Assembly: GCA_947629375.1 (NCBI GenBank) | Contig: CANRDN010000006.1 | Location: 11,605-75,604, forward strand | DNA length: 64,000 nucleotides | Direction of reading: 5' to 3' | DNA from: an uncultured Bacilli bacterium | GTDB lineage: Bacteria; Bacillota_I; Bacilli_A; RF39; UBA660 | In this document: positions 38,461-48,041 of the stretch, piece after piece | How positions within the stretch are numbered: position 1 is the first letter of the stretch | Layout: every line of letters begins with the position of its first letter | Notes under the pieces: model-generated | Databases searched by the model: none | What the model was told of the DNA's origin: nothing | The model's input: the letters and a program-made list of their open reading frames with translations, nothing else | Translations under genes and position numbers: made by a program

Positions 38461-39987
38461 ATGATAGAATATGATTTTGTAAATACGCCAATAGTAGATA
38501 TTGTTAATAGGATTATTATTTATGCTTCTCAACACAAAGCGAGCGATATTCACTTTGACCCAAGAGAAGATTGTATGATGATTCGTATGAGAATGGATGG
38601 TCGACTAAATGACCACGCTAAAGTACCTAAAATGTATGAAAAAAACTTAGCTACCAGAGTTAAATTAATTTCAAAGATGAATATTACTGAGTCTCGTGTT
38701 CCTCAAGATGGTGCAATTAAGGGTATAATTGATGGTAGAGAACTAGATATGCGTGTATCCGCACTACCTACTAACGAAGGAGAAAAGATAGTTGTCCGTC
38801 TACTTGACTATAGCCAAAGTTTGGATGGAATTGATACTTTAGGTTTTTCTGCTAGCAATATGAAAAAAATTGATAGATTACTTGAAATACCAAACGGAAT
38901 TATCCTTGTAACAGGTGCTACTGGTACAGGTAAATCAACAACTACTTACTCTATGCTTTCAGCCTTAAATACTGAAGATAGAAATATAATTACAGTTGAG
39001 GACCCAGTCGAAATGAATATCGAAGGAATTAACCAAGTTCAAGTAAACTCTGAAATTGGTCTTACATTTGCTAATGTTTTAAGATCTATCTTAAGACAAG
39101 ACCCCGATGTTATTCTTATCGGAGAAATTCGTGATAGTGAAACAGCTCAAATAGCAGTTCGTGCTGCCATCACAGGACACTTAGTATTATCAACAATCCA
39201 CACAAACAGTGCCTTAAATACTATCGAGCGTCTTTTGGATATGGATGTTGAAAGATACCTACTATCTACTGCTTTAAATGGAATCGTTTCACAGAAACTA
39301 GCAAGAACTCTTTGCCCAAAATGTAAAAAGAAAAGACCTACTACTAACTATGAGAAGGAAATCTTTAGTCAAATACTTGGACAAGATGTAAAAGAAGTTT
39401 ATGAACCAGTTGGTTGTGATGATTGTAATAGAGGTTATCGTGGAAGAATTGCTCTTCACGAAGTACTATTCTTAACAGATGCTATTCGTGAACTTATAAA
39501 TGATGAAAACACTGATAAAGAGAAATTGAGACAAGCCGTTTATGATGGTGATACTACTACCCTATTACAAGATGGTCTTCAAAAAGTTGTAGAAGGACTT
39601 ACAACATTTAAGGAAGTATATAGAGCTGTTGATATCGACTTCGACCTTGAAAGAAAGATTAGAAAAGAAATTCGTGCTAAAGAGAAAGAAAAAGGTAAGA
39701 AAGAAAATCTTGAAGTTATCGACTTTAATGATGAAGAAAATGAAAATGTTAAAATCTCTGAAAAAGAAATCAAGAGAATTAAAGATAGAGCTAAAAAAGA
39801 TGCTGAAAAGAAATATCGTAAGAAACCTGCTATTAAGGATAACGATTTAATCGATGCTTTTGAAGGATTAGAACAAACAGAAGAAGATAATAAAGACGGC
39901 AAGAAAAAAGAAGATAACAAAGATAAAGCAAAAGAAACTAAGGAAGAAGCTAAAGAAGATAAAGATAATAAAGAAAAGAAAAAATAG
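38461..39987 (+). CDS. Type II/IV secretion-family ATPase (PilB/GspE/ComGA-like) with K/E-rich C-terminal extension
   Basis: Walker A GATGTGKSTT, the Asp/His boxes (ITVEDPVE, LRQDPDVILIGEIRD, GHLVLSTIHTN), and the tetracysteine CPKC...CDDC. The last roughly 110 aa are low-complexity K/E/D. Confidence 0.85.
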   Translation: MIEYDFVNTPIVDIVNRIIIYASQHKASDIHFDPREDCMMIRMRMDGRLNDHAKVPKMYEKNLATRVKLISKMNITESRVPQDGAIKGIIDGRELDMRVSALPTNEGEKIVVRLLDYSQSLDGIDTLGFSASNMKKIDRLLEIPNGIILVTGATGTGKSTTTYSMLSALNTEDRNIITVEDPVEMNIEGINQVQVNSEIGLTFANVLRSILRQDPDVILIGEIRDSETAQIAVRAAITGHLVLSTIHTNSALNTIERLLDMDVERYLLSTALNGIVSQKLARTLCPKCKKKRPTTNYEKEIFSQILGQDVKEVYEPVGCDDCNRGYRGRIALHEVLFLTDAIRELINDENTDKEKLRQAVYDGDTTTLLQDGLQKVVEGLTTFKEVYRAVDIDFDLERKIRKEIRAKEKEKGKKENLEVIDFNDEENENVKISEKEIKRIKDRAKKDAEKKYRKKPAIKDNDLIDAFEGLEQTEEDNKDGKKKEDNKDKAKETKEEAKEDKDNKEKKK

Positions 39988-40009
39988 CAAACAAATTGCT
40001 ATTTTTTTA
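39984..40009 (+). terminator. Intrinsic terminator after the ATPase gene
   Basis: atagcaa-acaaa-ttgctat followed by T7, overlapping the TAG stop. Confidence 0.7.
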
Positions 40010-40032
40010 TGTTTTAATTATTGATTGATTTA

Positions 40033-40512
40033 TTAGAAATCTCTTTCTTTAAATGAATCAAGAATCTTTCCTGTGTAAGCATCTATGTAATATTCATATT
40101 CGTAGTTACCATAATCGAAAGATACTTCATAAACAAGAGTACTATATCTTGCTTTGTATTCAAGATCATAATCTAAATCGTATATCTTATCTTGCGTTAC
40201 ATTTAGATTTTTAAGTGCTACTTGTAATGCTTGTTGTTGTGTTATGCGACTATTTGGTGTCGTAGAAGGATTATCCTCTCCTGTTCCAGTTCCAGGATCA
40301 TTTACGAAATCATCATCCAAATCAGTAGAATATCTTCCACCATATTTGTAAGCATCTTCAGCTAAATCATCGTACTTATCGTCTAAGTTTTCATATGCTA
40401 CAAGTAAAAACACTAGACCTACTGATAAGCATACAACCATTACAGCTAAACCACATAACCAAAGTTTTAATTTAGTATCTTGTTTTTCTTCTTTATTTTT
40501 ACTTTCTTTCAT
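40033..40512 (-). CDS. Membrane-anchored PepSY-domain protein
   Basis: One TM (LWLCGLAVMVVCLSVGLVFLLVA). The C-terminal ITQQQALQVALKNLNV...YEVSFDYGNYEYEYYIDAYTGKILD fits the PepSY pattern. Confidence 0.65.
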   Translation of the reverse strand: MKESKNKEEKQDTKLKLWLCGLAVMVVCLSVGLVFLLVAYENLDDKYDDLAEDAYKYGGRYSTDLDDDFVNDPGTGTGEDNPSTTPNSRITQQQALQVALKNLNVTQDKIYDLDYDLEYKARYSTLVYEVSFDYGNYEYEYYIDAYTGKILDSFKERDF

Positions 40513-40560
40513 ATTTCTCCTTCCCTTTTCTATTCAACTGGAAAACCAGTTAAACCAAAA

Positions 40561-41232
40561 TTATTTTAAAATTATATCGTATATTTCGTCATTTATATCT
40601 TCAATTGATCTTAATTTATTATCTTTAATACACTCAATTTTTGTCCAGTTATAAAGTTCTGCTAATTCGACATAAGCTCTTTCAGCCTTTTGTAAGTGTT
40701 CTGGACTTTTTTCGTGTTCATCTAAGAATTCACGATTTTTTTCCAACTCTTTAGTAAAGTCATATGGGACGTGTAAGAATATTGTTTTGTCTGGTTTAGG
40801 TAATTCTAAAAGCCAATACTCTAACTTATCTATCCATTGATACATATAAAATCTTTCGTCTTTATCTTCTATCTTACAACCTTGATGAGCAAGATTACTT
40901 GTTACATATCTATCAAGAATTACATAATAGCCTTGATTAACATAATCGATAACTTTAGAAATATTATACTTTCTATCTGCTGCATAATAAAGGCAGGCAA
41001 TTTTAGGATCAAGATTTACAGCACTATCGAAGAAACTTTCACAAATTTCAGGCTTACCTAGATAGGCTCCCCCTACTATCTTTCCTGTTGGTGTATCATA
41101 GCAAGGAAAACTTAAAGAAATACATTTATGTCCATCTTTATTAAGTCTTTCAACTAGTAGTTTTGATTGAGTAGCTTTTCCAGAACAATCTGTTCCTTCA
41201 ATAACAATTATTTTACCTTTGTTTTCATCCAT
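40561..41232 (-). CDS. Thymidylate-kinase-family protein (eukaryote/archaeal-like Tmk)
   Basis: P-loop IVIEGTDCSGKATQ, LSFPCYDTPTGK, and DRYVTSNLAHQG resemble human-type TMPK (IVLEGVDRAGKSTQ, RFPERST.., DRYAFSG). Confidence 0.6.
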   Translation of the reverse strand: MDENKGKIIVIEGTDCSGKATQSKLLVERLNKDGHKCISLSFPCYDTPTGKIVGGAYLGKPEICESFFDSAVNLDPKIACLYYAADRKYNISKVIDYVNQGYYVILDRYVTSNLAHQGCKIEDKDERFYMYQWIDKLEYWLLELPKPDKTIFLHVPYDFTKELEKNREFLDEHEKSPEHLQKAERAYVELAELYNWTKIECIKDNKLRSIEDINDEIYDIILK

Positions 41233-41250
41233 AACAATACCTCTTTCTTA

Positions 41251-41856
41251 TTAGTTTTTTGATTCATCTATTACATTACTATTTTCATCAAAATCAAGAT
41301 TTATAAACCTTCTACTTGCTAAATAATCACACATATGAACAAACTTCTCCATAGGAAGTCTTGGAATAGGAAGAACAACATCACTATAAGGATTTGTGTT
41401 CCAAGGTCCCATATGACTTGCAACAGCACTTGCTACTTTTTCAATATCTTCTTCATTCATCTTCAAATTGTCTTTATTTTCTTTAACATAATTGCTTGCA
41501 AGAAGAGGATGATCAAACCTTGTATACTTTTCTTTCTCTCCTTTACCATATTTTAAACCATCGTGAATTAATAAAGCAATAATTATTAAATCTTTATCTC
41601 TATCAGTATATGGTTTACCAATAATGGGGTTAGATAGCATCTCGTAAGCAAACTTACAAGCTGATTTAACGTGCCTTGTTAGACCTTGTTCTCCTTGAGC
41701 ATATTTAGGATGATACTTACCTGTACTTGATGCATCTACTACGAAAAAGTAGTCAGGAAGATTTCCTACTAAATACTTAGCATCACTTCTTAAATCGTCA
41801 TCTTTTATATATAAAAATTCATTTACAAATACTTTAATTTTCTCTTCACTAGTCAT
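41251..41856 (-). CDS. HD-domain phosphohydrolase-family protein
   Basis: H...HD pattern (TRHVKS.. / LLIHDGLKYG). ATG 41856 lies behind ggagg. Overlaps the hemW stop by 8 nt. Confidence 0.6.
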   Translation of the reverse strand: MTSEEKIKVFVNEFLYIKDDDLRSDAKYLVGNLPDYFFVVDASSTGKYHPKYAQGEQGLTRHVKSACKFAYEMLSNPIIGKPYTDRDKDLIIIALLIHDGLKYGKGEKEKYTRFDHPLLASNYVKENKDNLKMNEEDIEKVASAVASHMGPWNTNPYSDVVLPIPRLPMEKFVHMCDYLASRRFINLDFDENSNVIDESKN

Positions 41857-42946
41857 TACTGCCTCCAATAAAATTAACTAATATCGAATTAGAAACATAC
41901 AGCATATCTTTAGGAATATAGATATTTTCTCCATCATCAATCAGCATTTTATTTTTTACTAAATCTATTATATCAAAGTTATCTTCAATAGAGGAAGAAA
42001 ATTTATCTTTAAAATGCTTTTTGCTTATTCCTTTTATTTTTCTTAAACCTAAAATAAGTTCATTTTCCATATCGATTCTTTTGGATATTTTCTCTTCTTC
42101 GTGTTTATAAATACCTTCGTTATACATATTGATACTTTTAATATTGGTGTATCTAAAATCATCAATGTAACCGGATGCTGAAAGTCCAAAGCCATAATAT
42201 CTTTCGTTGTTCCAGTACACAAGGTTATGAGCTGATTCATAGTGTGGAAGAGAAAAATTACTTATTTCATAATGATTATAGCCATACTTTTCTAATATCT
42301 CTATTATATTATAATACATATCTCTTTCTAAAGTTTCATCGATTGGTTTAACTTTATCAACATATAGTTTTGTATGTTCTTCAATAATTAATGAATAAAT
42401 AGAAATATGTTGGGGTTTTAAGTTAATAACAAAAGATAAATCACTTTCTACATCAGATAAGGTTTCACCTTGAAAAGCATACATCAAATCTAAATTTATA
42501 TTACTAAAATATCTTTTTAAAAGAGTAATTTTTTCCTCGACATCTTCTTTATAATTATATCTATTTAAAAACTTCATATATTTAGGGTTTACTGTTTCTA
42601 TTCCTACACTTACCCTATTTACTTTGTTTTCTTTTAATAACTCAAGTTTTTCTTTATTTATATCAGAGACATTCATTTCGAAAGTAAATTCATAAGATGG
42701 GGATAGATTAAAGATTTTAATTATTTTGAAAAGTTTTTCTAAGTTCTCGATACTTAAAGCACTAGGTGTTCCTCCACCAATATAGATTGTCTCTATTTCT
42801 TCATTTTTATATCTTTCTTTTATTTCTTTTTCTAAGTTATCAAGATAAAGACTTGCACATTTCTCGTTATAAAGAATCTTACAAAAGTCACAATAAGAAC
42901 AGATGGATTTACAAAAAGGGATATGAATATAAACGCTTTTTGGCAT
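41849..42946 (-). CDS. hemW: Radical-SAM heme chaperone HemW (HemN-like)
   Basis: YIHIPFCKSICSYCDFC (CxxxCxxC) and GGGTPS. lepA-hemW adjacency matches Bacillus. Confidence 0.88.
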   Translation of the reverse strand: MPKSVYIHIPFCKSICSYCDFCKILYNEKCASLYLDNLEKEIKERYKNEEIETIYIGGGTPSALSIENLEKLFKIIKIFNLSPSYEFTFEMNVSDINKEKLELLKENKVNRVSVGIETVNPKYMKFLNRYNYKEDVEEKITLLKRYFSNINLDLMYAFQGETLSDVESDLSFVINLKPQHISIYSLIIEEHTKLYVDKVKPIDETLERDMYYNIIEILEKYGYNHYEISNFSLPHYESAHNLVYWNNERYYGFGLSASGYIDDFRYTNIKSINMYNEGIYKHEEEKISKRIDMENELILGLRKIKGISKKHFKDKFSSSIEDNFDIIDLVKNKMLIDDGENIYIPKDMLYVSNSILVNFIGGSND

Positions 42947-42947
42947 C

Positions 42948-44750
42948 TTAGTCCTCACTATCCATCGATAAGACGCTCATAAATGCTTCTTGTGGTAGTT
43001 CGACACTTCCTACTTGTTTCATTCTTTTCTTACCTTCTTTTTGCTTTTCAAGTAATTTTCTCTTACGAGTTATGTCTCCTCCGTAACACTTAGCAAGAAC
43101 ATCTTTTCTTAAGGCTTTAACTGTTTCTCTTGCAATGACGTGATTTCCGATACTTGCTTGAATAGGTACTTCAAATAATTGTCTTGGAATTGATTTTCTT
43201 AAAGACTGTACGACGCATCTTCCACGAGTGTAAGCAAAATCTTTATGAACGATTACTGATAAGGCATCGATTATTTCCCCATTTAATAAGATATCCATCT
43301 TTACAAGGTCACTTGGTTTATAACCGATCATTTCATAATCAAAAGAAGCATAACCCTTAGTAAATGATTTTAGTTTATCAAAGAAGTCATAGACGATTTC
43401 CGAAAGTGGCAATTCATAGTGAATGTTCACTCTTGTTGGGTCAATATAATCCATACTTACATAGATTCCACGCTTATTTTGACATAGTTCCATTATCGGT
43501 CCGATGTACTCACTCGGAGTAAATATACTTGTTCTAATATAAGGTTCTCTTATTTCTTTTAAAACTGTTTTATCAGGCATCTTAGTTGGTGCATCTACTA
43601 GTATTTTATCGCCGTTAGTAAGTATTGCTTCGTATACTACTGAAGGTGCAGTAGTAATTAAATCGATATTGAACTCTCTTGTGACACGCTCCTTAATAAT
43701 ATCCATATGTAATAAACCAAGGAAACCACAACGGAATCCAAAACCTAAAGCTGTCGATGTTTCTGGTTCAAAAACTAATGAAGCATCATTTAATTGTAAT
43801 TTTGCTAAAGCGTCTCTTAAATCTTCGAATTTAGAAGACTCAATTGGGTATAGTCCACAAAAGACCATTGATTTCATTGGTTTATATCCAGGAAGTGGTG
43901 ACTTTGCTTCATCTTTGGCAAGAGTTATGGTATCACCTACTTTGACATCGCTGATACTTTTAATACTTGCTGAAATAAAGCCTACTTCGCCAGCAGTTAA
44001 AGTCGTTTTCTTAACTTCTTTAGGAGTGTTTATTAAAAGTTCTACTACTTCGTAAGTTGCCCCTGTCTCCATCATTTTAATGGTATCACCAACTTTTAGA
44101 GTTCCATTAAATATACGAGTTGATATAACGACACCACGATATGGGTCAAAGATACTATCAAAAATCAAAGCTTGAAGTGGTGCTTTCTCATCACCAGTTG
44201 GTGATGGGATTTTCTCGACGATTCTATTTAATAACTCTTCGATACCTACACCTGTTTTTGCGCTTGTAAGCACTATTTCGTCATCGTCGAAACCAATTAA
44301 GTCGATAAGTTCTTTTTTAACTTTTTCAATATCGGCATTAGGTAAATCGATCTTGTTAATAACTGGGATAATCGTCAAATTGTTATCAAGAGCAAGATAT
44401 AGGTTAGCAAGTGTTTGAGCTTCTATCCCTTGAGCAGCATCGACAACTAAAATTGCACCTTCACACGAAGCAAGACTTCTTGATACTTCATAGGAAAAGT
44501 CGACGTGACCTGGAGTGTCAATCAAGTTAAGAAGGTATTCTTCACCCTTATAGTAATACTTTAAAGATGCTGTATTAAGTTTTATTGTTATACCACGCTC
44601 TCTTTCGATATCCATACTATCTAAAAGCTGAGCTTTGGCTTCTCTTTCACTGACGGCGTGCGTTTTTTCTAGAATTCTATCAGCAAGTGTACTCTTACCG
44701 TGATCGATATGTGCAATTATCGAAAAATTTCTTATGTGACTTTTATCCAT
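42948..44750 (-). CDS. lepA: Translation elongation factor 4 (LepA)
   Basis: [28 protein letters not shown], and the LepA C-terminal domain. ATG 44750 lies behind agggtga. Confidence 0.97.
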   Translation of the reverse strand: MDKSHIRNFSIIAHIDHGKSTLADRILEKTHAVSEREAKAQLLDSMDIERERGITIKLNTASLKYYYKGEEYLLNLIDTPGHVDFSYEVSRSLASCEGAILVVDAAQGIEAQTLANLYLALDNNLTIIPVINKIDLPNADIEKVKKELIDLIGFDDDEIVLTSAKTGVGIEELLNRIVEKIPSPTGDEKAPLQALIFDSIFDPYRGVVISTRIFNGTLKVGDTIKMMETGATYEVVELLINTPKEVKKTTLTAGEVGFISASIKSISDVKVGDTITLAKDEAKSPLPGYKPMKSMVFCGLYPIESSKFEDLRDALAKLQLNDASLVFEPETSTALGFGFRCGFLGLLHMDIIKERVTREFNIDLITTAPSVVYEAILTNGDKILVDAPTKMPDKTVLKEIREPYIRTSIFTPSEYIGPIMELCQNKRGIYVSMDYIDPTRVNIHYELPLSEIVYDFFDKLKSFTKGYASFDYEMIGYKPSDLVKMDILLNGEIIDALSVIVHKDFAYTRGRCVVQSLRKSIPRQLFEVPIQASIGNHVIARETVKALRKDVLAKCYGGDITRKRKLLEKQKEGKKRMKQVGSVELPQEAFMSVLSMDSED

Positions 44751-44816
44751 TGTTATCACCCTTTTTTCTATCAATATTATAATATCTTCCCAGTAAAAAG
44801 AAAAGAAAAAGAGTAC

Positions 44817-46226
44817 TTACTTTTCCTTAAAATAATCTAAAATAACATCGTAATCGTTGTAGTCTAAATATTTATCTTCTATTGCCATATAATTATCTCT
44901 TCCTTTACCAGCGATAAGTACAAAATCATTTTCTTTGGCTATCGATAAAGCTTTTCTAATGGCTTCTTTTCTATCTATTATTCTCTCATAATTTGTTTTT
45001 TCACTGGCACTTACTAAATCATCGATAATTTTATTAGGATCCTCGTATCTTGGGTCATCCATCGTAAAAATTACATAATCGGAGTTATCAAGAACTACTT
45101 TTCCCATATCTTTTCTTTTTTCTTTTTCTCTTCCACCAGCACTACCCGTAACAGTTATTATTCTACCCTTTTTTACTTTGTTTAAGAATTTATAGACTTT
45201 TTCTAAAGCATCAGTAGTATGCGCATAATCAAGAATAACTTTGTAATTGTTAAAATCTAGAACTTCGAATCTTCCTTTAGGAACAGTAAGGTTTTTAACT
45301 CTTGCAAGTAAATAATCAAGATCAAAATTAAGAGCCAGTAAAGAAAGTAAGGCAGCACATAAATTGTAGGCATTGAATTCTCCAAGAAGTGGTGATGTAA
45401 AAGAATACTTTTTTTCTTTATATTTAACTAAAATATCAGTCTTATCTATATATTCGTCTATTTTTAATATTTGCAAGTCACTTTTATTTTTACCATAAGT
45501 TAAAACTTTTCCCTTAGCAACACTTAAAAAATCAGTATAATATTTATCATCTATATTTAAAATCGAAAATCCATCACTTCGAACATTTTTTACTAATTCT
45601 TTTTTACTTTCTATATAATTAGTTATCGTTTTATGGACGTTTAAATGGTCTTCCGTGACATTAGTAACTATTCCAACTTTAAATTTTAAATCTCTAAGTC
45701 TATTTCTTAAAAAAGCTTCACTACTTGCTTCAATACTAGCATATCTACAATTGTTTTGGACAAATTTATCAAAATATTTATATAGTTTATCAGCATCAGG
45801 TGTCGTATTTCTTAGTTTTTCTTCGAAGTTTTCAAAAGCCACTCCATTAGTACCAATATAGCCACAAATGTCGTTTCCAAGAAGTTCTTGGATTATAGTT
45901 GCAACCGTTGTTTTGCCATTTGTTCCTGTAGTTGCAATTAAAGTAAGTTTGGAATCTGGATAGTCGTAAAATTTCTTTGCAAGACGCACTAGTTCGGTGT
46001 TAGGGTTATCGACATATACGACTGGAACACTTTTTATAATATTTTTATTTGTAACTATTGCAGAAGCCCCATTTTCTATTGCTTCATCGATAAAGTCATT
46101 TCGATCTTTATTTACACCAGAAACACAGACAAAGATATCATTTTTTTCGACTTCTTTAGAATTTATCTTAATATCCTTTATCATTATATGGGGATAATTA
46201 GCATATAACTCACTTAACTTTTTCAT
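44817..46226 (-). CDS. murE: UDP-N-acetylmuramoyl-L-alanyl-D-glutamate ligase MurE
   Basis: TGTNGKTT, Mur ligase middle and C-terminal domains, and TMDDPRYEDP at the DNPR position. Confidence 0.88.
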   Translation of the reverse strand: MKKLSELYANYPHIMIKDIKINSKEVEKNDIFVCVSGVNKDRNDFIDEAIENGASAIVTNKNIIKSVPVVYVDNPNTELVRLAKKFYDYPDSKLTLIATTGTNGKTTVATIIQELLGNDICGYIGTNGVAFENFEEKLRNTTPDADKLYKYFDKFVQNNCRYASIEASSEAFLRNRLRDLKFKVGIVTNVTEDHLNVHKTITNYIESKKELVKNVRSDGFSILNIDDKYYTDFLSVAKGKVLTYGKNKSDLQILKIDEYIDKTDILVKYKEKKYSFTSPLLGEFNAYNLCAALLSLLALNFDLDYLLARVKNLTVPKGRFEVLDFNNYKVILDYAHTTDALEKVYKFLNKVKKGRIITVTGSAGGREKEKRKDMGKVVLDNSDYVIFTMDDPRYEDPNKIIDDLVSASEKTNYERIIDRKEAIRKALSIAKENDFVLIAGKGRDNYMAIEDKYLDYNDYDVILDYFKEK

Positions 46227-46246
46227 ATTACCTCCACTTATTAAAT

Positions 46247-46275
46247 ATGAAAAAAAGTATCAAAGTGATACTTTT
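46247..46275 (-). terminator. Intrinsic terminator after recO
   Basis: Minus strand aagtatc-acttt-gatactt followed by T8, overlapping the stop codon. Confidence 0.65.
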
Positions 46276-47041
46276 ACATTATTGATTCCATCTTGTTAAG
46301 TGTTGCAATTTTTTTCTTTATATTAAAGTAAATTCCTGTGTGATCATCATAATAATTATCGATAAATGCTTCAACATCTTCTATTTCTTCTCCGACATCT
46401 AAATTTTTAATCTTATCGATATCGACATAGTAAAGCATTCTTATTAATTTTAAAGCCTTAGGATTTACCATTTTTTCATCAGTATAGCAATTTTTACAAA
46501 TAAAGCCAAAACTTTTAGAGTCCATCGTTACAATATCGGTACTTCCACAGTTAGAACAAGAATCAAGACTTGGTAAAACTCCTAAAAAGTTTAGATACTT
46601 TAACATTACAATATCAAGTATTACTTTAGGTTTTATTCCTTCATCAATTTTAGATAGAGACGATAAAAGTATTTCATAAATTAGTTTTATTTCATCGTTA
46701 TCTATCTGCTTTTGAGATAAAACTTGTAGAGTTAAATCGACAATTACAAAAGCATACATTTTCTTAGCTAAATCTTTGTAATCCATTATTATATTTTTAT
46801 ATATTTTAATAATATCGGTACCTATTAAAGTAGATAAGCCATCTTCTTTATATGAAATATCAAAGTTTGCTAGTATCAGTTTAGAACTTGCTTCCCTTAA
46901 AGGGCTTTTAGGTCTTTTACATCCTTTAGAGAGAACACTTATTACACCTAAATCTTCAGTAAATATTTTTAATATTTTACTTGTTTCACTATAATTTTGT
47001 TCCCCCACTACTATTCCCTTTGTTTTTACTAGTTTCATCAT
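46274..47041 (-). CDS. recO: DNA repair protein RecO
   Basis: OB-fold N-terminus (KTKGIVVGEQNYSETSKILKIFT) and a zinc motif CSNCGS...CKNC. Sits downstream of era. ATG 47041/47038 is preferred over TTG 47053. Confidence 0.8.
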   Translation of the reverse strand: MMKLVKTKGIVVGEQNYSETSKILKIFTEDLGVISVLSKGCKRPKSPLREASSKLILANFDISYKEDGLSTLIGTDIIKIYKNIIMDYKDLAKKMYAFVIVDLTLQVLSQKQIDNDEIKLIYEILLSSLSKIDEGIKPKVILDIVMLKYLNFLGVLPSLDSCSNCGSTDIVTMDSKSFGFICKNCYTDEKMVNPKALKLIRMLYYVDIDKIKNLDVGEEIEDVEAFIDNYYDDHTGIYFNIKKKIATLNKMESIM

Positions 47042-47123
47042 TAACACTTCCAAGTTCTTTAATAAGTAAATAATATTTAATATTACCTGTCTTTTTAAAT
47101 AGTTCCCATAATAAATCTTCCAT
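46989..47123 (-). CDS. yqzL: YqzL-family small protein (44 aa, below ORF-track cutoff)
   Basis: RBS ggtgagagta directly before ATG; peptide MEDLLWELFKKTGNIKYYLLIKELGSVNDETSKNKGNSSGGTKL. It has the W..F..TG.I..YLL.KE pattern and the era-yqzL-recO position of Bacillus YqzL. Confidence 0.6.
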   Translation of the reverse strand: MEDLLWELFKKTGNIKYYLLIKELGSVNDETSKNKGNSSGGTKL

Positions 47124-47156
47124 TACTCTCACCATTATTATAATGATGCGAAATAA

Positions 47157-48041
47157 TTAATTTAATTCATAAAAACCAAATTCTTTTAAATATTTTTCTT
47201 TTTCACGCCAATCTTCGATTACTTTGACATATGTCTTAAGGTTTACTTTCTTACCTAAAAATTCTTCAATATCACTTCTTGCGTATATTCCAACCTTTTT
47301 AAGCATTTGACCATTCTTACCAATTATTATTTTCTTTAAGTTTTCTCTATCGACAATTATTAATACTCCAATATCGATATAGTTTTCTAATTCTTCAAAT
47401 GATTCGACAACGCAAGTAACGGTATGAGGAACTTCATCTTTAGTAAATCTTAATAATTTTTCTCTTACTACTTCGGCAATATAAAAGTCTCTACTTATAT
47501 TTGTAATAGTCTCAGGATCATACAAAATTCCTTCACGAGGCAAATACTTTTTAATTGTCGTAATAAGATCTGTAATATTGTCATTTTTTAAAGAAGAAAC
47601 TGGTATTATTTCACTAAAGTCATATAACTCACTATATTTAGTAATAAGACTTAATAAATTTCTTTTATCGATTAAATCTATTTTATTTAAGATAAGTAAA
47701 ACTGGTTTCTTTAAGTCTTTAATTTTATCGAGAACAAATTTATCACCTTTACCAAATTCTTTAGTGACATCGACTAAAAAGAGAATGATATCCACTTCAT
47801 CGATTATGTGATATGATTCATTATTCATAACACTTCCAAGCTTATTTACCGGCTTATGAATTCCTGGTGTGTCGATAAAGACGATTTGAGAGTCTAAATC
47901 GTTATAAATTCCTTCGATGATATTTCTAGTTGTTCCTGAAACATCGGATGTTATAGCTAGCTTTCTTTCAAGTAGTGTATTTAAAAGCGTACTTTTCCCA
48001 ACATTAGGTCTTCCTACTATACTTACAAAGCCACTTTTCAT
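47157..48041 (-). CDS. era: GTPase Era
   Basis: GRPNVGKST, DTPG, NKID, and a C-terminal KH domain (VIIGKNGQMLKKVG). Confidence 0.95.
   Translation of the reverse strand: MKSGFVSIVGRPNVGKSTLLNTLLERKLAITSDVSGTTRNIIEGIYNDLDSQIVFIDTPGIHKPVNKLGSVMNNESYHIIDEVDIILFLVDVTKEFGKGDKFVLDKIKDLKKPVLLILNKIDLIDKRNLLSLITKYSELYDFSEIIPVSSLKNDNITDLITTIKKYLPREGILYDPETITNISRDFYIAEVVREKLLRFTKDEVPHTVTCVVESFEELENYIDIGVLIIVDRENLKKIIIGKNGQMLKKVGIYARSDIEEFLGKKVNLKTYVKVIEDWREKEKYLKEFGFYELN

Noticed and set aside
39629-39850. 73-aa alternative-frame ORF, and apparent short tandem repetition, in the ATPase tail that might have suggested a repeat array.
   Set aside because: The repetition is codon-level low complexity (AAA/GAA/AAG). 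There are no spacer-repeat units and no CRISPR-like periodicity.
43669-44055. 128-aa plus-strand ORF inside lepA. Similar antisense or alternative-frame ORFs include 4520..4885, 25695..26063, 52408..52797, 22328..22603, 39579..39920 and others.
   Set aside because: All of them lie wholly within strongly supported conserved genes on the opposite strand or in another frame. They are Ser/Leu/Phe-rich as expected for antisense of AT-rich coding DNA, and they lack RBSs.
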